From Bacillota bacterium (lineage in GTDB: Bacteria; Bacillota; Clostridia; Christensenellales; SZUA-584): a stretch of DNA of 64,000 nt. This document shows positions 9,201-17,928 of the stretch, piece after piece. The number at the start of each line of letters is the position of its first letter. The stretch's first letter is position 1. The stretch spans positions 110,603 to 174,602 of the forward strand of contig JAEXTV010000031.1 of NCBI GenBank assembly GCA_023406895.1. Reading direction: 5' to 3'. The position numbers and the translations under genes were made by a program. The notes below the pieces were generated by a model, which was not told the origin of the DNA, searched no databases, and saw only the letters and a program-made list of their open reading frames with translations.

Positions 9201-9311
9201 GATTTCGTTCTTTGTTGAAGTGTCCGTTGATCGGCGTTTCTTCAATGACTGAAGATCGCCTGTTAAATCGGTTTTTTCGGCTGAACCGGTTTGTTACTTT
9301 ACTAAGAGATA

Positions 9312-9890
9312 TCAATAGCCCATCGCAGTGCGTACCGATTCCATGTCACGTCCGGAGGTCAGCATCTCGAGCAGCTTAAACGCCACGACGGGTGCCGTTT
9401 GAGGGCAATAGGACGTGATGATGTTGCTGTCGACAACAATGGGTTCGTTGACCACGTCTGCGCCGAATTCCGCCAGCTGCTTTTGGCGCAGCCCGTTGTT
9501 TAGATGGTATGTGGTGGCCTTGCGGTTCTTCAATACGCCGCTTTTGCCGAGCGGCAGGGCACCCACGCATACCGATGCGATGATTTTGCTTTCCGCGTTA
9601 AATTCTTTTATCAGATTAAGAAATCTTCCATCGTAAGCGTCCTCGTAAAACCCATACTCTTCAAAACCTCCCGGTATCGCAAGAGCATCAAAATTGTCCG
9701 CATTGATCTCGTCAATCGTTTTATCCACCAACACAGGAATGCCGAACGCACTCACGACCTGCATGCAAAATCCGCAGGTCAAAACAGATACATTCATTCC
9801 GAAATCGTTTCTTGCCCATCCCAATACATCGACGAATGGGCTGAATTCCATAGTCTCAAAACCCTTAGCCAGAAACAGCAGGGTTTTCAT
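9312..9890 (-). CDS. DJ-1/PfpI family protein
   Basis: MKTLLFLAKGFETMEF start, nucleophile-elbow Cys (ASVCVGALPL). The longer ORF start at 9947 has no support. Confidence 0.8.
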   Translation of the reverse strand: MKTLLFLAKGFETMEFSPFVDVLGWARNDFGMNVSVLTCGFCMQVVSAFGIPVLVDKTIDEINADNFDALAIPGGFEEYGFYEDAYDGRFLNLIKEFNAESKIIASVCVGALPLGKSGVLKNRKATTYHLNNGLRQKQLAEFGADVVNEPIVVDSNIITSYCPQTAPVVAFKLLEMLTSGRDMESVRTAMGY

Positions 9891-10363
9891 GGCTTTGCCT
9901 GCTCCAGCAGCGCCGCTGCCGCTTCTTGAAACTTTCCATACGACCACGTTGCGCCCGACACGGCATCCACATCGCCCACTTCCTGTTTATCGATCAGAGC
10001 GGGTGCGTACGTTTTCATGCCGCTCAAGTCATCCCGACACTGCTGTTTATAAGTGTCATTGCCGAATACCTCTTCATATGTCTCGTCAAATACGCGGTGT
10101 CTGTGATCGTCAACAATCTGCCACTCCATGGATTGAATCAAGCCGTCGCTGATAACCATCGTCCCTTCCACAAGGTAGCCCTCGCCGTCCTTCTTGCCGG
10201 TATATTGATAAGTTCCGTCCTTGTACGCGCCGGTCGAAGCGGAAACATCGGCTGCAGACGGCGATTCCGAAGCCTGCGAATCGGAAACCGGCTGACCGCC
10301 GCAAGCGCACAAAAGGGATACCAGTGTTACCGAAATTGCTATAAGGGTTACGGCTCTTTTCAT
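9887..10363 (-). CDS. FMN-binding domain lipoprotein
   Basis: Lipobox (LLCACGG). C-terminal FMN_bind motif DAVSGATWS. Start at MKRAV (10363) with RBS GGAGG. Confidence 0.75.
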   Translation of the reverse strand: MKRAVTLIAISVTLVSLLCACGGQPVSDSQASESPSAADVSASTGAYKDGTYQYTGKKDGEGYLVEGTMVISDGLIQSMEWQIVDDHRHRVFDETYEEVFGNDTYKQQCRDDLSGMKTYAPALIDKQEVGDVDAVSGATWSYGKFQEAAAALLEQAKP

Positions 10364-10411
10364 CACATACCTCCTAAAATGAATTGGAATATATACCGTA
10401 AGTTGGGTACA

Positions 10412-10440
10412 AGTATATATACTGGATGGCATACTGTCAA
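10412..10440 (-). promoter_or_regulatory. Sigma-A-type promoter for the FMN-binding/DJ-1 operon
   Basis: On the minus strand: TTGACA (10435-10440), 17 nt, TATACT (10412-10417). Confidence 0.55.
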
Positions 10441-10548
10441 CAAAACACCTTGCTTTTGAATCGTCTGCGGTCACTGCAGACGGCAGGCATGGACCACAAA
10501 GCAGACTTGCACGCTAATGCGGCTAGCAAGTGTTCAACTCTAAAATAT

Positions 10549-10975
10549 TAAAACAGTCCTGTCACCCCGAAGGAGTAAGGTCGAAACTAAGTACTGAAAA
10601 GTCAATGTTGCGGGATGTAGATGTCTCTATAGTTTATCGGTGATTTTAATTGACAGGCTAGACAAGCCTAAATAAAAAACAGTCCTGTACCCCGAAGGGG
10701 TAAGCCGAGACTGGGTGCTGAAAAGTCAATGTTGCGTGATGTAGGTGTCTCTATAGTTTATCGGTGATTTTAATTGACAGGCTAGACAAGCCTAAATAAA
10801 AAACAGTCCTGTACCCCGAAGGGGTAAGCCGAGACTGGTGCTGAAAAGCCAATGTTGCGGGATGTAGATGTCTCTATAGTTTATCGGTGATTCTAATTGG
10901 CGGGCTGGACAAGTCTAAATAATAAAAATGTTCCTGTAACCCTGAAGGGGTAAGGTTGAAACGGTGCGCGTCGCA
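10549..10975. repeat. Tandem array of about 3.5 copies of a 124-127-bp unit
   Basis: Unit starts (ACAGTCCTG) at 10552, 10679 and 10803, with a degenerate copy at ~10928. Each unit holds a TACCCC-GAAG-GGGGTA hairpin (UUCG loop on the minus strand) and an AGGCT-AGACA-AGCCT hairpin. Confidence 0.85.
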
Positions 10976-10991
10976 GCCAATCCCGCACGAT

Positions 10992-11023
10992 AAAAAAGGC
11001 GGTACCAATTCATCAGTACCGCC
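10992..11023 (-). terminator. Rho-independent terminator of thrS
   Basis: GGCGGTAC / GTACCGCC stem with a T-run on the minus strand (A-run 10992-10997), 16 nt after the thrS stop. Confidence 0.8.
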
Positions 11024-11038
11024 TTCAAGATTTTTAAA

Positions 11039-12970
11039 TTAGAATATCGTTTTCTCACTGATCTGCTGTATCACCATCTCAAGGAACGCATTGCCGTCCA
11101 TCTCACCGATGTCGCCTTCGCCGCGTTTCCGTATGGCGAGCGTACCCTTATCCACTTCGTTGTCGCCCGCAACCGCCATATACGGAATGCGCTCGTTGCG
11201 TGCCTCGCGGATTTTGTAGCCGATCTTCTCGCTGCGCGAATCCACCGTCACACGCACGCCGGCGGCCTTAAGCTTTTTCTCCCATTCGCGCAAGTATTCA
11301 AGTGACCGGTCGGTGATGGACATCAGACGCACCTGCTCCGGCGCAATCCAGAGCGGCATCGCGCCCGCGTATTTCTCTATCAGCATCGCGAGCGTGCGCT
11401 CGTAGCAGCCGATGGAGGAGCGGTGGATGATGTACGGACGTTTCTTCTCTCCGTCCGAATCCACATACGTCATGTCAAAATTGCCCGCGTTGGCAAAGTC
11501 GATCTGCACTGTGAACAGCGTGTCTTCCTTGCCGAACACATTTTTGAACTGAAGGTCAAGCTTGGGCCCATAGAACGCAGCTTCGCCGTCCGCTTCCACG
11601 TAGTTAAGGCCGATGTCGTCGAGAATTTCTTTCATGAGCCGCTGTGTGGTTTCCCAAGCCTCAGGGTCGTTGATGTATTTCTCGGTGTTTTTCGGGTCCC
11701 ACTTGGAGAAACGGTATTTGATATCGTCCTGCACGCCGATACAGCCCATCATATACTGAATCAGGCTGACCACACCCTTAAACTCATCCGCAAGCTGATC
11801 GGGGCGGCAGATGATGTGCGCATCGGCCAGCGTAAACTGGCGCACGCGAATCAGCCCGTGCATCTCACCGGACGCTTCATTGCGGAACAGCGTCGCGTTT
11901 TCGCTGTAACGAATGGGCAGCTCGCGGTAGCTGTGCAGCTCGGAATTGTAGATCATAAACTGGAACGGGCAGTCCATCGGCCGCAGTGCCATGACTTCCT
12001 CGTCCTTGTTTTCATCACCCAGCACAAACATGCCGTCTTTATAATGATCCCAATGGCCGGAAATCTTATAGAGATCGCTCTTGGCCATCAGCGGTGTGCG
12101 CACAAGCTGATAGCCGCGTTTTTCTTCCTCGTCTTCCACGAACCGGCTTAATGTTTGAATAACCTTTGTGCCCTTTTGCATGATCAGCGGCAACCCCTGG
12201 CCCACAACATCGCTGGTGGTGAAGTATTTGAGCTCGCGCCCAAGCTTATTGTGGTCACGTTCGCGCGCTTCTTTAAGCATGTTGAGGTATGCCGCCAGCT
12301 CTTCGCTCTTTTCGAAAGCCGTGCCGTATATGCGCGTGAGCATCTTGTTCTTTTCGCTGCCGCGCCAATACGCGCCCGCCACGCTCAAGAGCTTAAACGA
12401 TTTGACTTTGCCGGTAGACAGGACATGCGGCCCCGCGCAAAGGTCGGTAAACTCGCCCTGTTTGTAAAAGCTCAGCACTGCGTCTTCGGGCAGGTCGTTG
12501 ATGAGCTCCTGCTTGTACGGCTCATCCTTCATGAAAGCAAGCGCTTCGCTGCGGCCGAGCTCGAATTTTTCCAGCGGCAGGTCATCGGCCACAATGCGCG
12601 CCATCTCGTCCTCAATCTTTTTAAGATCGTCCGCGTCGAAAGGCTTCTCCACATCGAAGTCGTAGTAATAGCCGGTATCAATAGCGGGGCCGATGGCGAG
12701 CTTCGCGCCCGGGAAAAGCCGTTTTACAGCCTGCGCCATCACGTGGGAGGCGGTGTGCCAAAGCGCCTTTTTGCCTGCTTCATCCTCAAACGTTAAAATT
12801 TCAAGAGAGCTCCCGTCGCTCAAGATCGTGTTCAAGTCATGCACGGTACCGTCAATCCTCGCGGCGAGCGCCTTTTTTGCGAGCTTGCCGGAGATGGCTT
12901 TGGCGGCGTCCAGCGCGCTGATGCCGTTCTCAAACTCTCTTTGTTCTCCGTCTGCCAGTGTGATCTTCAT
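11039..12970 (-). CDS. thrS: Threonine--tRNA ligase
   Basis: 643 aa. TGS domain N-terminus (MKITLADGEQREF), class II core motifs, full-length colinear ThrRS pattern. Confidence 0.97.
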   Translation of the reverse strand: MKITLADGEQREFENGISALDAAKAISGKLAKKALAARIDGTVHDLNTILSDGSSLEILTFEDEAGKKALWHTASHVMAQAVKRLFPGAKLAIGPAIDTGYYYDFDVEKPFDADDLKKIEDEMARIVADDLPLEKFELGRSEALAFMKDEPYKQELINDLPEDAVLSFYKQGEFTDLCAGPHVLSTGKVKSFKLLSVAGAYWRGSEKNKMLTRIYGTAFEKSEELAAYLNMLKEARERDHNKLGRELKYFTTSDVVGQGLPLIMQKGTKVIQTLSRFVEDEEEKRGYQLVRTPLMAKSDLYKISGHWDHYKDGMFVLGDENKDEEVMALRPMDCPFQFMIYNSELHSYRELPIRYSENATLFRNEASGEMHGLIRVRQFTLADAHIICRPDQLADEFKGVVSLIQYMMGCIGVQDDIKYRFSKWDPKNTEKYINDPEAWETTQRLMKEILDDIGLNYVEADGEAAFYGPKLDLQFKNVFGKEDTLFTVQIDFANAGNFDMTYVDSDGEKKRPYIIHRSSIGCYERTLAMLIEKYAGAMPLWIAPEQVRLMSITDRSLEYLREWEKKLKAAGVRVTVDSRSEKIGYKIREARNERIPYMAVAGDNEVDKGTLAIRKRGEGDIGEMDGNAFLEMVIQQISEKTIF

Positions 12971-13109
12971 TGTCTATTTCCTCTTTCTTTGTTTTCTCAT
13001 ATATTTGTCCCCGAACTGCAACGGGGATTTTTCATCAACGATATCGTTTTGCATGAGTCAGTATCGCTAATAGGCTTTGCCAAGTCTTGAGCAGTCAACG
13101 TCCTCATAT

Positions 13110-13365
13110 CGTGTGCCCACTCTGGAGAGGAGGCTGTCACCGATAGGTGACTGGAGAGATAGGCTTAAAGCAGCACGCTCCATATCGGCAATTGATGAGG
13201 TGCTGCGGCGAACGCCTGCGAATCGCCCCTCATCCGGCGCTCCGCGCACCTTTCCCCGAGAGGGAGGCTATCCTGCCGATCGTCTCGGTGTCGATAGACA
13301 GATGTTCACCCGATGGCTTCCCCTGGAGGGGAAGCTGTCGCCGATAGGCGATTGATGAGGTGTTG
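13110..13365 (+). repeat. Two to three double-hairpin REP-like elements inside the thrS 5' UTR
   Basis: GTCACC-GATA-GGTGAC (13136-13151). GCTTCCCC-TGGA-GGGGAAGC plus GTCGCC-GATA-GGCGA (13316-13352). Shared TGATGAGGTG tail. Confidence 0.7.
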
Positions 13366-13399
13366 CGGGTTTCCGATAAGGTTCCCCATGTTTTCGTAT

Positions 13400-13620
13400 G
13401 CAATAAAAAAACCCATGTGCATTGCACATGGGACGATTATCAAAACCGCGGTTCCACCCATCTTCCATCGATATGGCTCTTTATCGGCCGATACGGGGGC
13501 CATCCCATTCATGGTTAAGGTGGTTTCGTTTACTGCCGCGCCCGGCACACTTGCAGCCTATGGTGTGCGCGTCTCTTCATAACGCATTGGCAGGAAAATT
13601 ACTTGTCCTTATCCGTACAG
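13400..13620 (-). promoter_or_regulatory. T-box riboswitch leader (Thr) with intrinsic terminator
   Basis: Minus strand reads ..GCAGTAAACGAAACCACC.. (candidate ACC specifier at 13522-13524). T-box sequence GGGTGGAACCGCGG (13446-13460). Terminator CCCATGTGC-ATT-GCACATGGG (13412-13432) followed by TTTTTTT. Confidence 0.85.
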
Positions 13621-13625
13621 CCATT

Positions 13626-13654
13626 ATTATATGACTGCAAAAAGTGTCTGTCAA
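13626..13654 (-). promoter_or_regulatory. Consensus sigma-A promoter of the thrS leader
   Basis: Minus strand: TTGACA (13649-13654), 17 nt, TATAAT (13626-13631). Confidence 0.8.
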
Positions 13655-13664
13655 TCTATTAAGT

Positions 13665-14222
13665 TTAATACAGGTTCGACCGGCCGCCCGACGTGCGCCC
13701 GTCACGCTGCACCTTGTAAACAATGCCCTGAGCGGTTCGAAACACGCCGATCAGTATGGCGACAACGCCGAGGAACAGCACATGGTTGATGCTGAGCAGG
13801 AACGGCAGCAGTATGAGCACCACGCCAATCAGCAGCAACAGGGCGCTGATGCGTGTTTTGGAGGCGTTGCCGCCATCCTGCCGCGCGTTAATGATGCCGA
13901 ACAGCCCAAAAATAATGAACCAGCTCGAAAGAATCACACCGAGCAGCGCGGGTGAGTTTCTGATGATAATGAGCAGCAGAAACAAAACAAGGTCTAGCAG
14001 CGCATGCACAAGAGACGGAACAAAAAACCGGTTTTCATCCTTGAATTTGTATGCCTTATAAAAGTAGTAGAGACTCATAAGCAGCACCCCGATGGTCAGC
14101 AGAAAGGTCAGCGCTTTGAGCCCGCTTTCCGGTGACACCAGCAGATAAATGCCCACTGCCAGTATAATAAGCCCTGTTAAAACAACCAACCACCATGGCA
14201 TCGTTTTATCTTTACTGATCAT
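13665..14222 (-). CDS. Integral membrane protein, HdeD/DUF308-like
   Basis: Start at MISKDK. Six hydrophobic helices in a repeated pattern. The longer ORF start at 14309 is unsupported. Confidence 0.55.
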   Translation of the reverse strand: MISKDKTMPWWLVVLTGLIILAVGIYLLVSPESGLKALTFLLTIGVLLMSLYYFYKAYKFKDENRFFVPSLVHALLDLVLFLLLIIIRNSPALLGVILSSWFIIFGLFGIINARQDGGNASKTRISALLLLIGVVLILLPFLLSINHVLFLGVVAILIGVFRTAQGIVYKVQRDGRTSGGRSNLY

Positions 14223-14339
14223 ATTCGGATAAACGCTCCTCTCAGCTAAAAAACGTATGTCTATGCTTCTCCTACGACAATAATACCACCAAAATGGAAA
14301 CGAAAACAACAGTCATGAGGACATTCATTTAAGATTTTT

Positions 14340-15182
14340 TCAAAAGCCTTCGCCCATCACTTCTTTCACATCCGCAACGATCACAAATGCGTTTTCATCA
14401 ATGCTGCTCACAATGCGTTTCAGCTTTGCGCCTTCCGTGTGCCATCGGAGTACGCACAGCAGCACCTCTTTTTCTTTTCCGCTGTACACGCCCTTTGCGG
14501 AAAGCGCCGTGACACCGCGGCTCAGTTTTTCGATGATGACCTTTGAAATTTCATCGTTTTTTTCGGATATGATGTAGAACGCCTTTGATACGGCAAGTCC
14601 CACGGTCATCACCTCAATGAGCTTGGTTGTGACGTACAGCGACGCGATGGCATAAAGAGCTGCCTGCGGCTCAAAAATAAAACCCGCGGCGGCAATGACC
14701 ACGAAGTCGATGGCAAATACGAAGGTGCTGATGCCGATATGCTTAAACCGGGCACTGAGCATCTTGGCCGCCATATCGGTGCCGCCCGTGCTGCCGCCGC
14801 AGCGCACCACAAGGCCGATGCCCGCACCCACTAAGACGCCGCCGTAAACGCATCCCAAAAACATGTCCTGCGATTGCGGTACCGGCATGAGCTCGGCGAG
14901 CAGCGAATAGAGCACGAGTGCGTAAGCGGTGCGTATGGCAAAACTCCTGCCCACGAATCTGTAGCCAAGCACAAACAAAGGCACATTGAGCACAGCGATT
15001 GTGATGCCGAGAGGAAATCCAAAAACATGATAGAGTATTGTCGCGATGCCGCTGATGCCGCCCGCGGCGATTTTATTGGGAACCAGAAACAGATTCAGCC
15101 CGGCCACGGCGACCGCGACGCCCACTGTGATCAATATGTAGTCTTTTATGCGCCTGTTCATGGCTCCTCCAAATACCAGCAT
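14340..15182 (-). CDS. YitT family membrane protein (DUF2179 C-terminal domain)
   Basis: N-terminal multi-TM region with GGISG/GGTGG motifs and a soluble C-terminal domain. Alternative start at 15161. Confidence 0.75.
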   Translation of the reverse strand: MLVFGGAMNRRIKDYILITVGVAVAVAGLNLFLVPNKIAAGGISGIATILYHVFGFPLGITIAVLNVPLFVLGYRFVGRSFAIRTAYALVLYSLLAELMPVPQSQDMFLGCVYGGVLVGAGIGLVVRCGGSTGGTDMAAKMLSARFKHIGISTFVFAIDFVVIAAAGFIFEPQAALYAIASLYVTTKLIEVMTVGLAVSKAFYIISEKNDEISKVIIEKLSRGVTALSAKGVYSGKEKEVLLCVLRWHTEGAKLKRIVSSIDENAFVIVADVKEVMGEGF

Positions 15183-15214
15183 AATTAAAAAGCGGAAGAT
15201 GGTGTCTCCCGCCT

Positions 15215-15574
15215 TTATTCTTCCTCGGTCTGCCTCGATTTATCAAACCCCATACTAATGGATATGGCTTCGTCGATGCGAAGCATTTCCTTTTCGCTTA
15301 GCCGTCCTACTTTTTTGATCAGCCGAGTCTTGTCAATCGTTCTGATCTGTTCGAGCAGAACCACGCTTTTTTCGCTTAGCTTATCATTATCGATGATGAT
15401 ATGCGTCGGTAGGCGTGCCTTGCCAAGATTGGACGTTATGGCTGCCACGATCACCGTCGGACTGAACCGGTTGCCGGTGTCGTTCTGTATCACAAGCACA
15501 GGCCTTATGCCGCCTTGCTCAGATCCGGTAACGGGGTTTAAATCCGCGTAAAATATATCTCCTCGCTCTATCAT
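15215..15574 (-). CDS. mazF: MazF/EndoA (PemK family) endoribonuclease toxin
   Basis: 119 aa, near-colinear with the Bacillus EndoA pattern: [38 protein letters not shown]...LPTH. Confidence 0.92.
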   Translation of the reverse strand: MIERGDIFYADLNPVTGSEQGGIRPVLVIQNDTGNRFSPTVIVAAITSNLGKARLPTHIIIDNDKLSEKSVVLLEQIRTIDKTRLIKKVGRLSEKEMLRIDEAISISMGFDKSRQTEEE

Positions 15575-15786
15575 ATTTCACCCCGCGTATGCTGTTTTGG
15601 TTTCCCTTATTATCATATGAGCCGGGGAAGTTATGTGTTAGCCCCTGACAGGCCAAAAATTTGCCCGCATAACAGTGGGCCGGCAGATTGAAAACAGGAC
15701 TTTATGAAAAATAGAATACATAAATTATAAAAATACCTTGACAGACGAGGTAATGTGATGTACGTTATACACGAGGAGGCGATATA

Positions 15787-16116
15787 ATGAGCGATAATAA
15801 AATCTCATCCGATCTGCTTCGGGGGCATACGGATACGATGATACTAAAACTGCTGCTGAGCGGCGACCAATACGGCTATGAGATCACAAAGCTGATCAGT
15901 CAGCATTCGGGCGGCGCGTATGAGATCAAGGAAGCCACAATGTACTCGAGCCTTAAAAGGCTTGAAAGCGAGGGGTGCATCACATCGTACTGGGGTGATG
16001 AAAATCAGGGCGGCAGAAGAAAGTATTACAAGATCACGGAAAAAGGCAAATTGCTTTATACGGAAAACAAACAAAACTGGGAGTACGCCAAACGCGTGCT
16101 CGACCAACTGTTATAG
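15787..16116 (+). CDS. PadR family transcriptional regulator
   Basis: 109 aa, winged-HTH PadR pattern (GHTDTMILKLL..GDQYGYEI..YSSLKRLE..G..RKYY.IT.KG). Confidence 0.9.
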   Translation: MSDNKISSDLLRGHTDTMILKLLLSGDQYGYEITKLISQHSGGAYEIKEATMYSSLKRLESEGCITSYWGDENQGGRRKYYKITEKGKLLYTENKQNWEYAKRVLDQLL

Positions 16117-16132
16117 AAAGGCGCGAAACGGT

Positions 16133-16987
16133 ATGAATGAAAAATTGACCAGCTACCTTGATGAGATATTTTCTCCTTATGAGGAACTCAGGACAGTCAA
16201 AGAGCTGAAGGAAGAACTGGGGCATGATTTGCGCGAACGGATGGCTGACCTGAAAGAGCAGGGCATGAGCGATGAAGAAGCCCTCGCAGCCACGATCGAT
16301 TCGGTTGGTGATATTCAGCAGACCATCGCGGATATCGCGGAACAGTCGCGCGCACTGCAGCGGATGGTGAACATCAACTTCTCTGCGTCGGATATGCAGA
16401 ACGCTGATTTAAAGAATGTGACTGTGCACGACGGCAAATTCTCGAGCAGCGCACTGAAAGGGACGGATTTCAGCGGTTCTGATCTCTCCGGCAGCTCGTT
16501 TAAAGCCAGCGATTTGAGAAACGCAAGGTTTGATGGCGCCAACCTGACCGGGGCAAAGCTTAATATGAGCTCGCTTGAAAACGCGAGCTTTGCAAATTGC
16601 AGGCTTGAGCGCGCGGATTTAAGCTGCTCGGATCTGCGAGGCGCGGTGTTCACCGGTGCCAGCCTGACGAATACGAAGCTCACGAAGGTTGACCTGAGAA
16701 CCACTCTGTTTGAAAACTGCACCTTTAACGGTGCGGATTTCAGCTGTTCGGATCTGAGGGGTGTCACATTTGACGGTGCCAGCTTAACCGGTGTGAAGTT
16801 CAATATGGCAGCGATCGGCGAGGCGTCGTTTAAAAATGCAGTGCTTTTTGATGTCAGCTTTCATCACAACAACAAGAAGGATGTTCAAAAGGCCGTGTTT
16901 GAGGGCGCGAAAATGGATAAGCTCACGTATGCGGTGCTCAAATCCTACGGCGCGAATCTTGCGAACGTCACGCTGATGACGAGGTGA
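16133..16987 (+). CDS. Pentapeptide-repeat protein with an N-terminal PadR-associated helical (DUF1700-like) module
   Basis: Start at MNEKLTSYLDEIF. From about aa 80 onward there are consecutive A(D/N)LxG-type pentapeptide repeats (ADLKN, TDFSG, SDLSG, ANLTG...). The ORF-track start 15920 overlaps padR and is rejected. Confidence 0.85.
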   Translation: MNEKLTSYLDEIFSPYEELRTVKELKEELGHDLRERMADLKEQGMSDEEALAATIDSVGDIQQTIADIAEQSRALQRMVNINFSASDMQNADLKNVTVHDGKFSSSALKGTDFSGSDLSGSSFKASDLRNARFDGANLTGAKLNMSSLENASFANCRLERADLSCSDLRGAVFTGASLTNTKLTKVDLRTTLFENCTFNGADFSCSDLRGVTFDGASLTGVKFNMAAIGEASFKNAVLFDVSFHHNNKKDVQKAVFEGAKMDKLTYAVLKSYGANLANVTLMTR

Positions 16988-16991
16988 GGAT

Positions 16992-17927
16992 ATGAACGAA
17001 AACGCAATTGAGATTAAGGGCCTCGAAAAATCCTTCAAAAATGTGAAGGTGCTGCGCGGCATCAATCTGACGGTCAGGCAAGGCAGCGTTTTCGCACTGC
17101 TCGGGTCGAACGGAGCGGGCAAAACCACCACAATCCGCATATTGAGCACGCTGCTCAAAGCCGATAAAGGCGAGGCCATGGTGTGCGGGTACGATGTGCT
17201 GCGGCAGCCGGAACGCGTGCGCGAAGCCATCAGCCTCACGGGGCAAAGTGCCGCGGTGGATAACATACTCACCGGGCGCGAAAACCTGCGCATGATCGGC
17301 AAGCTGCGTCATTTAAGCGACGCGAGGCAGCAAGCCGACGCGCTGCTTGAGCGCTTTGACCTGACGGACGCCGCCGACAGAAAAGTGGCGTCGTATTCGG
17401 GCGGCATGCGCAGGCGGCTCGATCTCGCGATGGGGCTTCTCGGGTCGCCGTCGCTGATGTTTCTCGATGAGCCGACGACGGGGCTTGACCCTCAGAGCCG
17501 CATCGCGATGTGGGATATCATTAAAGGTCTCGGTGCGCGTGGTACCACGGTGTTTTTAACCACGCAATATCTCGAAGAGGCGGAGCAGCTTGCCGACCAT
17601 ATCGCGATACTCGACAAGGGAGAGATCGTGGCGCAGGGGAGTGCCGAAGAGCTGAAAAAAACGCTGCCGCACAGCCATGTGACGCTTGCATTTTACAGCC
17701 TGGAAGACGTGCGCAAGGCTATAAAACTGCTGAATGATTTTGAAACGGCTGCCGATGATGAGAATCTGTCGCTTTCGGTCACCACAGACGGCAGCGTCAA
17801 GGACATCTCAAAGGTCCTCGGTCTGCTCGAAAACGCGGTGACGGTGACCGAGTTCGCACTCAAGCAGCCCACGCTCGAGGATGTATTCTTAAAGCTTGTC
17901 AATGTGAATGAAGAGGAGGCGGTGTAA
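16992..17927 (+). CDS. ABC transporter ATP-binding protein (DrrA-like, ABC-2 type)
   Basis: Walker A GSNGAGKTT, signature YSGGMRRR, Walker B LMFLDEPT. Confidence 0.9.
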   Translation: MNENAIEIKGLEKSFKNVKVLRGINLTVRQGSVFALLGSNGAGKTTTIRILSTLLKADKGEAMVCGYDVLRQPERVREAISLTGQSAAVDNILTGRENLRMIGKLRHLSDARQQADALLERFDLTDAADRKVASYSGGMRRRLDLAMGLLGSPSLMFLDEPTTGLDPQSRIAMWDIIKGLGARGTTVFLTTQYLEEAEQLADHIAILDKGEIVAQGSAEELKKTLPHSHVTLAFYSLEDVRKAIKLLNDFETAADDENLSLSVTTDGSVKDISKVLGLLENAVTVTEFALKQPTLEDVFLKLVNVNEEEAV

Positions 17928-17928
17928 T

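Noticed and set aside
10549-10975. Possible CRISPR array
   Set aside because: The whole ~125-bp unit is repeated head-to-tail with no unique spacers. The unit is far longer than a CRISPR repeat, and no cas genes are nearby.
13067-13634. Cluster of 60-90-aa ORFs on both strands between thrS and the DUF308-like gene
   Set aside because: They overlap the T-box leader and REP-like elements. Their peptides (..SPIGD.., ..LMRCCG..) recur wherever the repeat occurs, so they are repeat-derived artefacts.
15920-16132. Upstream extension of the pentapeptide-protein ORF (ORF-track start 15920)
   Set aside because: The extension overlaps the padR coding frame and translates to Arg/Lys-rich junk. The ATG at 16133 begins the conserved MNEKLTSYLDEIF module.
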